Part shown: in pieces, positions 13,642 to 24,175 of the stretch
Numbering within the stretch: the first letter of the stretch is position 1
Layout of the letters: each line of letters begins with the position of its first letter
Assembly: GCA_051294375.1 (NCBI GenBank)
Contig: CM119269.1
Coordinates: forward strand, 12,366,981 to 12,430,980
From: Paraspadella gotoi
Taxonomy: Eukaryota; Animalia; Chaetognatha
Length of the DNA stretch: 64,000 nt
Reading direction: 5' to 3'
Notes under the pieces: model-generated
Databases searched by the model: none
Seen by the model: the letters and a program-made list of their open reading frames with translations, nothing else
What the model was told of the DNA's origin: nothing
Program-made: the position numbers and the translations under genes

Positions 13642-16031
13642 GGGGGGACATAATCATGAATATCATAAAAGATTGTGTATTATACTGTAAATTATATGCT
13701 TCTTTCCTAACAAATTAATTTGTGGTAAAATATCCGAGCATCAATTACAAAGCAAAAAAAAAGCAACAGGAAATAAAAAACAGGGTTAAAAATAAAACAA
13801 TAAAAAAAAGAACAAACAATTCTCATGGAAAGAAAAAGACTCCCACTGTTTGTTCCCGATGGAGGCAGCCACTTTTTATGGGTAATTTTAAATATCGTCT
13901 TCAGAAGAAAAGAAAGAAGAAAGAAAAAAGAAAGAAGGAGTTAGGTGCATAAAGAAAAGAGAAAGAGAAAGAAAGAAAGAAAGAAAAAAGAAAGAAAGAA
14001 AGAAAGACAGACAGCAAGATAGAAAGACAATATGAAAGAAATAAGAAGAACGAAGCAGAAGATAACAAAAGAAAGTTTTTTTTTGTTTTTTTTTTTTTGG
14101 CCTTACAGAGATTGCGCTATCGTTTAGAAAAAGCTCCCGTTTCTGATAGAAGCTAAAAAAGCCTGACAAAGGCTCATGGGGGACACCCGCTCAAAGGCTC
14201 ACAATGAATCTTTGGAAAAAGCGATGCTGAAATGAAACGACCTTCAGCTCAGATTTTTTTACGTTTCTTTACAAGTACATATTGCCCGGTTATTAAATTC
14301 TATGAATGTATATTAATTCAAGACTGGTAAAATAATTTCGAACAACAAAGAAATCTGTACGACCGATATAAAATGAAAAGTAATTAAACCAGCTATCTTG
14401 GCTCCTTACTTTGGCTAAAGCTCAGGATAAGGAAAAACTCAACTATGATAGTCTTAATTAAACGCTTGATATTTTCTTGTAAGAGGGATAGAGGCCCGAA
14501 ACTACTAGGGTTAAAATAGCTTATTCATTAGATATATTGGTTGTACAAATAATTACTCGGATTAGTGATCCCTTAAAACGAACATTAACCAAGCATTACT
14601 GGCACTCTTTTCCAAAACTGCCACACGGAAAGAACAAATTATCGCCTATTGATTTGTTAATATTAAAACTTAAGATCGAACTATAATCTGACTTTAATCA
14701 TTTCATAAATGAATTTAACGTACAGTCCCGAATACTTGCATTGACCCCAATGGGGCTCAAACCCAAGGCCGTTTGGCGGGAAAAAGAATTTTCGCTCTTA
14801 TTCCACCGGGGTTACGATATTCGATCCAAGTGGGTGGTGATAGTGAATGTGTTTCCACGAGATTCCCATTTTTGTTCCTTAATCCATGAAATTAATTTCA
14901 ACCTTGATATTTCACTGTAATCTATTACTAAACCCTTAAACTAATCACTAATCCTAATCCATAACCGTAATCCCTAAACCTAACCTTATCATGATCGCGA
15001 ACTCTAAACAGTAATCTTTATTCTCTGACCTACACACTTAACCCTAAAACGTAATCCCTGACTCTAATCACTAACCTACTTTCTTGCTCTCACGCTTAAC
15101 CTAGCCCCTAACTTAATATTTAACCACTAATCTCAAACCTAATCATTAAACTTAAAAAAACTATTATGGTGGACTAAAATCCACCAACCGTTCATCAGCG
15201 GCCATTGGTGCCGGAGGCAAGTCATTCGCCTCCCAACCCAAAGGTCCGGGGTTCTAGCCCGGTGGTCGTCTGGCAGTTAAGAGGGACGGGGCGCTTAACC
15301 CGCCTGTAACTCGGTGTTACAGCCTGATCCGAAGCTCAGGGACTTCTTATATTGAACGGTTCTGTCATTAACACATAATAATAATTACTGTCTCTTCACT
15401 ATTTCAGTTTTAAATTTGAAATGAAACGGGGCGTTTTGGAAATTTATGGCTAAACTGTACGTACATACTGGCATTTGTGATCCCGCTCCTAAAACGAACC
15501 TTACCCCAATCCAAACTTACCCGCGGTGTCCAATGGCAACGTCGAGGACGCCGTCTCGTAGTTGATGCTCTGTTTGCTCTTGCGGGCGAAGCGGCCGCCG
15601 ACGGCGAACATAACGGCGGCGATCCAGGCGAAGATACAGGCCAGCCAGGCGAAGGCGTAGGACCAGGAGTAGCAGTAGTCCAGATATTTAGATCTGGAGG
15701 GAGTGGGGATAGAGAGAGAGAAGAGAGAGAGAGAGAGATGTTGGGGGGGAGGGGAATGTAATCTCGGTCTTGCTACCTTAGGCTTCGCAATCGATCTTCT
15801 CTCTCTGTCTATCGGGTTCTATCTTTCTTTCTGTGTCTCTTTCTCTCTTTTTTTCTTTCTTTCTTTTTCTGTCTCTTTATTTTTTCCTTCTTCTTTATTT
15901 ATTTCTTTTGTCACTCTATCCTCATTTGTTTTATTCTTTCTTTCTTTCTTTCTTTATTTTCCTCTCCTCTCCATTAGACGTACTCGATATTGTCCACGGT
16001 GTCCATGGTCAAGTGTAATCACTTCTATTTC

Positions 16032-16084
<53 letters not shown>

Positions 16085-16220
16085 TCGTTTCCCGTCATTC
16101 CTTTAAGAAAGATCTTCTTTGGTTGTCCCTTGAAGACTCCATTTTTGGTGAAGACGTCGGAAGAGCTCGTCAGGATGTTCTGCTCCAAGTAAATCGTTCT
16201 GCGAAGAGAGAGCGAGAGAG

Positions 16221-16268
<48 letters not shown>

Positions 16269-18003
16269 AAAGAGAGAGAATGTTATAATCGAGATTCGAG
16301 AAGATGACACTTTAATGATTTTTTTTTTTAAATTGTTCTTATTAATTTAATTTGTTACTGTGGCAGCAAGACTTAAAGCTGCCTCACTGCTGTCCGTCCT
16401 CAGCCTCGTCTCAATGGCTGAGCAGGCTAAATCATCTCATTCCATCCGTGCGTCCCGGGTTCAATCCCTGGGCATCCCGGTTCTGGCTTAAATGTGACGG
16501 TGCCGGTATAAACATGCCAGTGACAGGAGGCGGTCACTGAGGGTCCACAGCCCCTACGCCAGTTTGTGAGATACCCCGCGCCCTGGGTATCACAGGCTAT
16601 CCTCCCGTTGCCATAAGTGGTGAGCCCTACTCTCGAACACGCAACCGCTGCGCACCATGGCCCATGCTTACGTTGCTTTAGGTATGCATATCACGCCTAT
16701 GCCCTACTTCTCTGGTAACGCTTCCAGACTCGCTCGCGACCAGCCGCTCGCTCTCACTATGGCATGGATCAAAAACCTTCTCTCAGACATACCTCAGGAT
16801 TGAGGCCCCTGTGGAGAAGTCTGGTGGGGGGATCCTGTGGCAGCAAGACTTAAAGCTGCCTCACTGCTGTCCGTCCTCAGCCTCGTCTCAATGGCTGAGC
16901 AGGCTAAATCATCTCATTCCATCCGTGCGTCCGGTTCAATCCCTGGGATCCGGTTCTGGCTAAATGTGACGGTGCCGGTATAAACATGCCAGTGACAGGA
17001 GGCTCACTGAGGGTCCGCGCCCCTACGCCAGTTTGTGAGATACCCCGCCCTGGGTATCACAGGCTATCCTCCCGTTGCCCATAGTCTTCCCTTACGTCAC
17101 AACTTATTTTTTATCTTGTTTTTATTAATGTTTTTTATTATTAAATAATCAACATCGTATTAACACAAACAATAACGCGTAACGGTATCAACAACGCTTA
17201 AAAAACTGGAAGGGTAACGGTATAAATAATAGCGAAAAAGTCTGTAACACAGTAAAATAAAAACTACACTGATAAGATGTAATATTTCTTTTGATATTTT
17301 TAATGTTATGAACTAATTCATAAAAAACTTAAATATAACGTTCAAGAATCAGATGTTAATATCATAAAAACCAGAAACAGTAAAAAACGATAAACGTCAA
17401 GTATAAAAACGTTCAAAATAATACGCAAAAACAAAAATTTCAAAAACATGAAATTTTATAAATATTATGAAATGTTTAACCTTAAAATAAAACGTTCTTA
17501 AAACGTGAAAGATATTAAAGTCAAAACAGCGCTTAATTATGTAAAAAATCTAAAAAATTTAAAAAATCTTAAATTTTGATAATTTTAACTGTAATTTTAA
17601 TTTTAACTGTAATATTTTAACAACGCATAAAACATAATTATAGATAGCAAGCTACAATAAAAAAAAATTCATCACGCAAAATCAATTAAAGACGCTGTTT
17701 TTTTAATTTTTTTAATAAATAATTCATGTACTATATATATATAATGATCGCTTGAATAAAGAATAATTTTAATTTAAATAAAATTCGTACCGTAAAATTA
17801 ACCATAAACAAAAAAAATATAAACAAGTTAAAAACCCGAATTTTCGTTGCTATAGTCGAAAAACCTTGACAGTTCTAGGCCGCCATTTTGGAAATGGAGA
17901 ACAATATCGAGAAGTTGTTCGTGTATGCAAATAGTTTGCTTGAGTAACATATCGCAGCGGCGGTACGTATTGGAAGATGGGGGAACTAATTGAGAGAGAG
18001 AGA

Positions 18004-18076
<73 letters not shown>

Positions 18077-19379
18077 GAAATGTGAAATTTGGTAAAAACA
18101 TTAAATCGGCTTGGGAAGAAAAGGAAAAGAGATAAGAAACCCAAAAGTCGCCGAAAATTCGTTTAAAAAAAGAACGATAATTATTTTCTCAACAATTTAA
18201 TTAACAGTTTTTATCTTTTTGAAAAGGCGCTTACAATGCTGATCCGTAGCTTTATCTTGGGATTAAAACCGTGGTTAAGGGCTCGATCGACCACAAAGGC
18301 GGCTTAGAACTAGATGGTACTTGTTATATTATAAATGACGAAAACTTTTCATCTACAGAAAAAAAAAAAGTGAAGAATTTTTGACGCTGAAGTCATCATA
18401 ATTTTTTATAACGTTTTATATTTTTGGTTTAACTTTTTATGGGGAATCTAAATCTTTATTAAAATAATACCATTAATTATTTAACTAATTATTTAACTTA
18501 TATAAATTATTTACAATTTACAATTTATTTCAAAACCTTAATAAATTTCTATAAAATTAATAATGCTGTGATGCCAGGGCTTTGGTATGTTTAAGATAAA
18601 TATTCAAAATATACCTTTAAAATATAAGATAAGCAACAATGAAGTATCACCATTTAGTGATGGCTCGCCTATACCTGGATATTGGGATTAAAGAGCCGAA
18701 ATCCATGAAGGGTATAGGTTCCCAACTGATGACCCTCCCATTGTATAAACATAAATGATAAAAATTATTCAAAAAAGAAATAATTAAAAAGTAGTATAAA
18801 GAAAAAATAAAATTGTCATTAAAGTATTTTAAAATTATATTCATGACATAAAGGTGCCCCTATAGACCTTTCCCCAGTATGTATCCCTATCAGAACATAC
18901 AATTCTACATGGTAGTCTTATCCCTATTGGTAAAAAAATCATATATAACGTTGGTCCCCCCTCAAAAAATTATCCATTCCCACCCCTTTCTGTTCAGCCT
19001 CTTAGATATTATGATTTTTCATTAATGATTTTCTAACAGAAATGATGTGTGATATCTATTAGAAAACTAGTCTAGATAGTAATCTAGCCTTGTGTTGTAT
19101 AGATGCTCCCTCTATTTCCAGAAGACATCACTGACTTCCCCTTCCCAAATTGAATTATTAGATAAATAAAATATTTTTAAAAAAGAAAGCAATATATATT
19201 TGATTAAATAATATAGATTAAATAGTAAATCCTTCATAAAAATATTAAAATAGAAAAATATAAAATAGTGAAACAAGTAATTTGCAAATTTTCATATACT
19301 CGATAATTTTACTACCTCGCATAAAATTATTATTTTTAATTGACTCAATTCAATTTTTTGTTCTTCTTACCCATGTGAC

Positions 19380-19440
<61 letters not shown>

Positions 19441-19782
19441 TTCTTTAGCACAAAAATGTAGACTAAATTTCAAACCTGTTAACGCTGATGAAGGCTCGAA
19501 ATTAAGAGCCGAAACATGTACGTTTATGAAAGAAATAAACCAAACGTTGTTGAAACAAATTTTTCAAACTTTTTATATTTTTGGTCTAACTTTTTATGGG
19601 GAATCTAAATCTTTAATAAAGACTTCATATACTCGATAATTTTACTATCTCGCATAAAATTTTTATTTTTAATTGACTCAATTCTAAGCTACAGTCTTCT
19701 TACCCATGAAAGAAGGCGATGGCTGCAGCGACGAAGAAAGCGCAAAAACAAAGGAGGATCGTGTTGAATCGATGGAGTGTGG

Positions 19783-19842
<60 letters not shown>

Positions 19843-22484
19843 GAGAGAGAAACATATTCATTTTTTAAATACTTAATAAAATAAATAAAGAAGGAAATAT
19901 TAAACGAGGAAAAGGTGTTACAAAAATATGTTTTTATTAAATTAATATTTAAACATTTTTATACTAATTATCAGTAGCGAAGTAGTAGATTCACATAGTA
20001 GCATCTTATAAGACGTATGTTTATGATCTAACTGCCAAAATAGAGTGGTGTGAAAATAATAAATTTTTAGAAAATTAAAATTTATTTTTTAATTTTATAC
20101 ATACAGTGAGCTATATTTATATATAATAATAAGTATATAAGAAGCTAAAATTTAAAAATGCACTTGATGGCAGCCGTGTGTCCCACCTTTCCGAGGTGGG
20201 ATTAGACCTCCATTTGATGTCTTTTTTGGCTAGCCTCCGACAAAAAAACCAACAAAGCTACAATTTCATAAGTTTTTCGAGCTGTTTTTTGCTAAATATA
20301 GTTTTTTGTAATAATAACATAATTTTTAAAAAAGATTTATATTTTCTTTTATCAACTTTTAACGAGGAATCTGAATCTGTTTTCAGAATTTAAAAAAACA
20401 CTATTTTAAAATTTTGATATTATATAAGGGTAGTATTATATACAAAATAAACTGACTGGGCTACAATATTTATAAAAAAAAATAACTAGAGATTAGAATT
20501 CATTAATATAATAGTTTTTAAGATATAATTGCTAAGTTTTGATTCCAAACTTTCACTTCACCCTACTAAGGAGTTATCCCTGTTTTTTTTACTTTTGAAA
20601 CACTGTAGCACAAAAGGAGATAATGACAAAAAGCGGAACAGCTGGTCACCATTAATTTATTAAGTTTAAATATTTTTCAAGCTATCGATAATAAATAAAT
20701 ATTTTTATTTAATTTCTTGAACGTTTTCTGTTTAAACGGAGAGTAGAAAAATTTGTGCGTCTCGAAAGAATTAACATGTGCAAACCAAGATAATTAATTT
20801 CATAATTAATAAATAAATTGACAATAAATAAATAAATAAATTGAAAATACTCTCGACTTTTCGAGCACCATACTTTTCTTTAAGACAGACCTACTATCGT
20901 AAATTCTGAAAAAACAGGTTTCAAGGAAAATTAGTTGCATAGGTTTTATTTATGGTAGGTCTTTCAGAAATTAGCAAATCGCATGTAAATTGTAACACTG
21001 ATTAAAATAATAAAACGTTACCTGGATCCGTGAACCGCATAAAATCCTAAAATGACGGAGAGGAAGAGAGAGAAGATGGCAAATGCCATCAACCCGAATG
21101 TGGCGCGCATCAGGTGGAACCGGTGCCATTCCTGAGACGAAGAGGAAAACAAATCTGGAATCATCAGCCTCTTTTTTTTCTCTCAAAGTCAATTTGTGTT
21201 TTTTTGCGAGGGAAAAAAAAGAATTCGAAGTCAAAATGGAATCGAGGCCATATTTACTTAAAGCGGCCCATTTAAGTTTATATTCCAAATAAAGTTAATT
21301 TTTAGAATTAAAGATATTGCCGGAAGACAACGATAATACCACTCTCCTTATTATAATTATTATATATTATTATTATATATCATTATATTAAATTAAACTA
21401 ATAATTGAAGTATTTTGCTTTCTTTTCGTTGCGTTTTGATTGAGAGAAAACAAAGTTTGTAATTTTTAATAGAGAAACTATTTTTTAAAAATATAACAAC
21501 GGACATGTTTCGGCTGTTATTTTTCGAGCCTTCTTCACGGTTTGAAAGTAAGTGGCATCAGCAACAATATCACCAAGAGCAACAGCATCAGTAACAGCAT
21601 CAGCAAGACCAATAGCATCAGCATCAGAAACAGTGTCAGCATCAGCATCAGCAGCATCAGCAGGAACAGCATTTGCCGCCAGAATCTCTCCTTTCTCACT
21701 TTGTTCCGGAAGTTGACGTTGTGATCTGGCGGAATCTGCAAGTCGATGTAGAAGCAACGAGTCGAGATTCCTGAAGCAAATCTTTCGAATTGATTGACGA
21801 GATCGAGAGGATCGACGCCGGCTCCGCTATTAGGGATGACATAGACGATTAAGGGAAGGACTCATTGTTGACGTCGTTCTTGTTGTCTGTCGTGCGAGGA
21901 TTTAACGCTATATTTTATTTCATTTCTAAGCCGTCCTCACGCAAGTTACCGCAGGGTAAGTACCGTTGAGGATTGATCCCGGTACCTAATGGTCATGAGG
22001 TCTGATTTTCAGGTATATTTAAAAATTTCAATTTAACTGCGAAATGTAATGTTTAATTCCCAGAGCTAATTTTTCTTACGAGGCGACAAAGTCATGGGAC
22101 CCTAGGTCCTATTACCAGATGTTAACAGCGAACTATATTTCGTCATTGATATTATTTGGCTTGTTGTGTTTTTTTTTAGGGACTCACGTGAACTCGTCAC
22201 ACATGCATTCACGCAAGAGGCCGAAGTGATGAGGGTGATGCTCGTGTCGAATCGACTCGTTGACTGCAGGGGCGCCTGAATCAAAAAAAAAAAAAAAACT
22301 AGAGTGAGACAGAGACAGAGCGAGAGAGAGACAGAGATAGTGTCCGCCCGTCCGTTTTTTTCTCACCGGTCGTTCTCCAAACGTCCATCCAGTGATCAGT
22401 ACCGAGAGCGATGATGCTGCAGATGAGCGCCAAAATCGCGAAGAAGAGGCCGAGGCCAATGAACAAACTCATTTTACGCTGCAT
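13110..22484 (-). CDS. Claudin/PMP22-superfamily four-TM protein, ~412 aa, 11 exons: 22484-22367, 22275-22188, 22132-22080, 21985-21941, 21907-21700, 21131-21022, 19784-19704, 16198-16085, 15693-15521, 13580-13525, 13298-13110
   Basis: TM1 MSLFIGLGLFFAILALICSIIALGTDHW, loop motif HFGLLREC...C, TM2 RATFGLMAFAIFSLFLSVILGFY, TM3 ILLCFCAFFVAAAIAFFHG, TM4 YCYSWSYAFAWLACIFAWIAAVMFAVG. All introns are GT-AG. Exons 1-2 and 6-11 are phase-consistent as written; exons 3-5 need bases present in the duplicate copy. AATAAA on the minus strand at ~12817-12822. Confidence 0.88.
14930..15150. repeat. Degenerate (CCCTAA)-like hexamer array
   Basis: Recurring AACCCT/AATCCT/AACCTA variants; highly eroded. Confidence 0.5.
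15198..15385 (+). mobile_element. tRNA-derived SINE-like element carrying a twister ribozyme fold
   Basis: tRNA-like head 15198-15269 (acceptor stem GCGGCCA/TGGTCGT, A-box-like TGGTGCCGGAGG, B-box-like GGTTCTAGCCC), twister at 15275-15344, (ATA)n tail. No TSD recognised and only one copy in the window. Confidence 0.7.
15275..15344 (+). ncRNA. Twister ribozyme, type-P5 permutation (predicted cleavage U15296^A15297)
   Basis: P5 AGTT/GACT; P2' G(A)GG with P2 CCC; GA 15285-15286; T1 CGG with CCG; UAA; T2 GC/GC; P3 CTGTAAC/GTTACAG; P4 CCTGA/TCAGG closing loop TCCGAAGC. Confidence 0.85.
16483..16562 (+). ncRNA. Twister ribozyme (type P5) in 5' LTR (predicted cleavage U16509^A16510)
   Basis: P5 CTGGC/GCCAG; P2' ATGT with P2 ACAT; GA; T1' CGG; UAA; GC; P3 CAGTGAC/GTCACTG; P4 AGGG/CCCT; loop TCCACAGC (one T1 mismatch in this copy; C in place of the first A of AAGC). 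Confidence 0.75.
16956..17031 (+). ncRNA. Twister ribozyme (type P5) in 3' LTR (predicted cleavage U16981^A16982)
   Basis: Same fold; T1 CCG/CGG is intact, but several single-base deletions affect P3 and the P4 loop (possible assembly errors). Confidence 0.65.
18461..19290. mobile_element. ~0.8-kb dispersed repeat (other copies ~28645-29431 and ~60549-61222; inverted fragment split at ~43500-43569 / 45644-45670)
   Basis: Near-identical sequence at three places (e.g. GATGGCTCGCCTATACCTGGATATTGGGATTAAAGAGCCGAAATCCATGAAG); class not determined. Confidence 0.8.
19480..19525 (+). ncRNA. Minimal type I hammerhead ribozyme (Penelope-type), cleavage after GUA at 19520
   Basis: AACG-CTGATGA-A-GGCTC(gaaattaa)GAGCC-GAA-ACATGT-A-CGTT: intact core, stems I and II, palindromic stem III; AATAAA follows. 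Confidence 0.88.
21497..21543 (-). ncRNA. Degenerate type I hammerhead of the same family
   Basis: Minus strand AAACCG-TGAAGA-A-GGCT(cgaaaaataac)AGCC-GAA-ACATGT-C-CGTT; the C of CUGANGA and stem I are disrupted. Confidence 0.6.
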
Positions 22485-22957
22485 CGCTGCTCCGTTCGGC
22501 CTCTTGCTGCCGCTGGTACTGCCGCTTTTGTTGTTGTTTTCGTTTGACTTTTATTTACACTTGGAGTCGGAGATTAAAGAGTTGTGCTGTTTGTTTGTTT
22601 GTTTGTTTGTTAAAGAGTTGTGTTGTTTGTTTGTTTATTTGTTAAAGAATTGTTCTGTTTGTTTGTTTTTTTCACCGAATCGTTTCTTTACTGTGAATTG
22701 TTTTCTGTTCCTGTTTAGCGCGACTTTAAAGAAATAGAATGAAATATATACTGTAGTTGTTGTTGTCGATTCAATTTGTAAAAATTTTAAAAAAATAATC
22801 TTAAAAGCATAAGGATCGAGCCGCATTCGATAGTAACCAAANNNNNNNNNNGGCTCGATAACAATTTATAATTTGTCAAGAAAAAAAAATAGAAAAAAGT
22901 AAAGGGGAAGAAATGCGGTAGAATGAACGAATTGATACGTAATATAATATAATATGA

Positions 22958-23212
22958 TATGGCAACAGCCGGGTTGCCTGTGATGCCTATTGGGGTGGGG
23001 CATCTCACTGTTGGCTTTGGGGGCTTCCGACCCTCAGTGACGCCTCCAGTCACTGGCGCGGTTACGCTAGGACGGTCTCGCTTTGCCAACGCAGAGGGAA
23101 GTCGTGAGGACTGTGGATGGAACACTACGCTTGGGATGGTGTGTTCCCCTTCTGAGCCAATGGATTTGGCTGAAGGATGGTGGACGTGAGGCGGTGTGAA
23201 TATACCGCCACA
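22958..23212 (-). mobile_element. Solo LTR related to the 16359-17083 element, with 4-bp TSD ATGA
   Basis: Minus strand TGTGGCGG...GTTGCCATA, 255 bp; ATGA at 22954-22957 and 23213-23216; shares CCAGTGAC..GTCACTGAGGGTC and GTGAGAT.CCCC...ATCACAGGC blocks. Confidence 0.88.
23010..23090 (-). ncRNA. Twister ribozyme (type P5) in solo LTR (predicted cleavage between 23064 and 23063)
   Basis: P5 GTTGGC/GCCAAC; P2' GCG with CGC; GA; T1' CCG pairing with CGG in loop TCGGAAGC; UAA; GC; P3 CAGTGAC/GTCACTG; P4 GGG/CCC. Confidence 0.82.
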
Positions 23213-23907
23213 ATGACTTTGTTTGCTCCAACCACCAGCAATGTCGGGATTTATTTTCCAGAAGATAATTTATAAGATAATATTTTCGAAGCCTACAAGG
23301 GCTGCGTCGACCGTCAGATGAACTATCTTGAAAATGTAGCAAGGGTTTATCAATCGTAAAGGGACAGTAAATGTCGAATAAATGACGATTATTTAATTTT
23401 GGCTAAAATAAAGCAGCTAAAATGGCCACTCGAATACTGACCCGACGCGGGCTCACAGAATATCTTTAATTAATATTTATAAGGATTATGATGACGACGA
23501 CGACTTCCGATGATAATTGATGATCATGATGCGATTCTATTAATGATAATGAAAACGACGAAGAGGTAAAGGACCTTTTTCACCGCAGAGGGCGTGGCTA
23601 CCGTGACACAGTTAATCGCGTCCCGTCACTCCGGTTTTGATCGACCGAGGAATCCGAAGGAAAACAATTAAAAGAAAAACCGGAAAAAAAAGAGAAAAAT
23701 GTTAAAGAATAAAGAGACTGTAGTCGGGCATATCATATCCACAAGACAAACTTATTACGAGTCTCGCGTCCAATTTTCTTTCTTTATTTCTTTTTATTAT
23801 TGTTGTTGTTGTTGTTGTTTTATTCATTTTTATGCTAATCCAAAGGAAAATGATTTCTCTTCGATATTGAGAAAAGGATTCGATGTGAATTAAATCCGAG
23901 CTGTGAT

Positions 23908-24175
23908 CAGTGACGTGTAGAAGAGACCTGGTGGAGACCCTTCACAATTTTTTTGGGAGGGAGGATATTTTAAAATACGATTAATTTTATAACTTATAAA
24001 AATATTTATATCCATATTTTTTGTATTTTTTTAATGTTTCAAACTCATATAAAAATATTTTGTGCGAAATTAATGTGTTTATTTTATCTTTTATTTCTTT
24101 ATATTTTTTCGGAATCTCCCCAAGAGCCAAGTCCTCTGTCAAATTTCTAGAATCTACCCCTCTACACGCCTCTGG
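23908..24175. mobile_element. Possible old hAT-type MITE (duplicate at ~33804-34065)
   Basis: Imperfect TIRs CAGTGACGTGTAGA / TCTACACGCCTCTG; TSD not intact. Confidence 0.4.

Larger units (their letters stand above)
16359..17083 (+). mobile_element. Non-autonomous LTR mini-retroelement (TRIM/retrozyme-like): LTR 16359-16615, PBS 16618-16627, PPT ~16823-16832, LTR 16836-17083
   Basis: Two ~250-bp direct repeats with imperfectly inverted ends TGTGGCAGC...GTTGCCATA; TGGTGAGCCC two bases after LTR1 (complement of a tRNA ...CCA end); G-rich tract just before LTR2; ~220-bp non-coding interior. No clean TSD. Confidence 0.9.

Noticed and set aside
14930-15150. Interstitial telomere or fusion scar
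   Set aside because: Too degenerate, single orientation, and such hexamer tracts are common inside repeats.
15198-15269. tRNA-Gly(CCC) gene
   Set aside because: D and anticodon stems pair poorly and the sequence runs on into a twister and a simple-repeat tail; better read as a SINE head.
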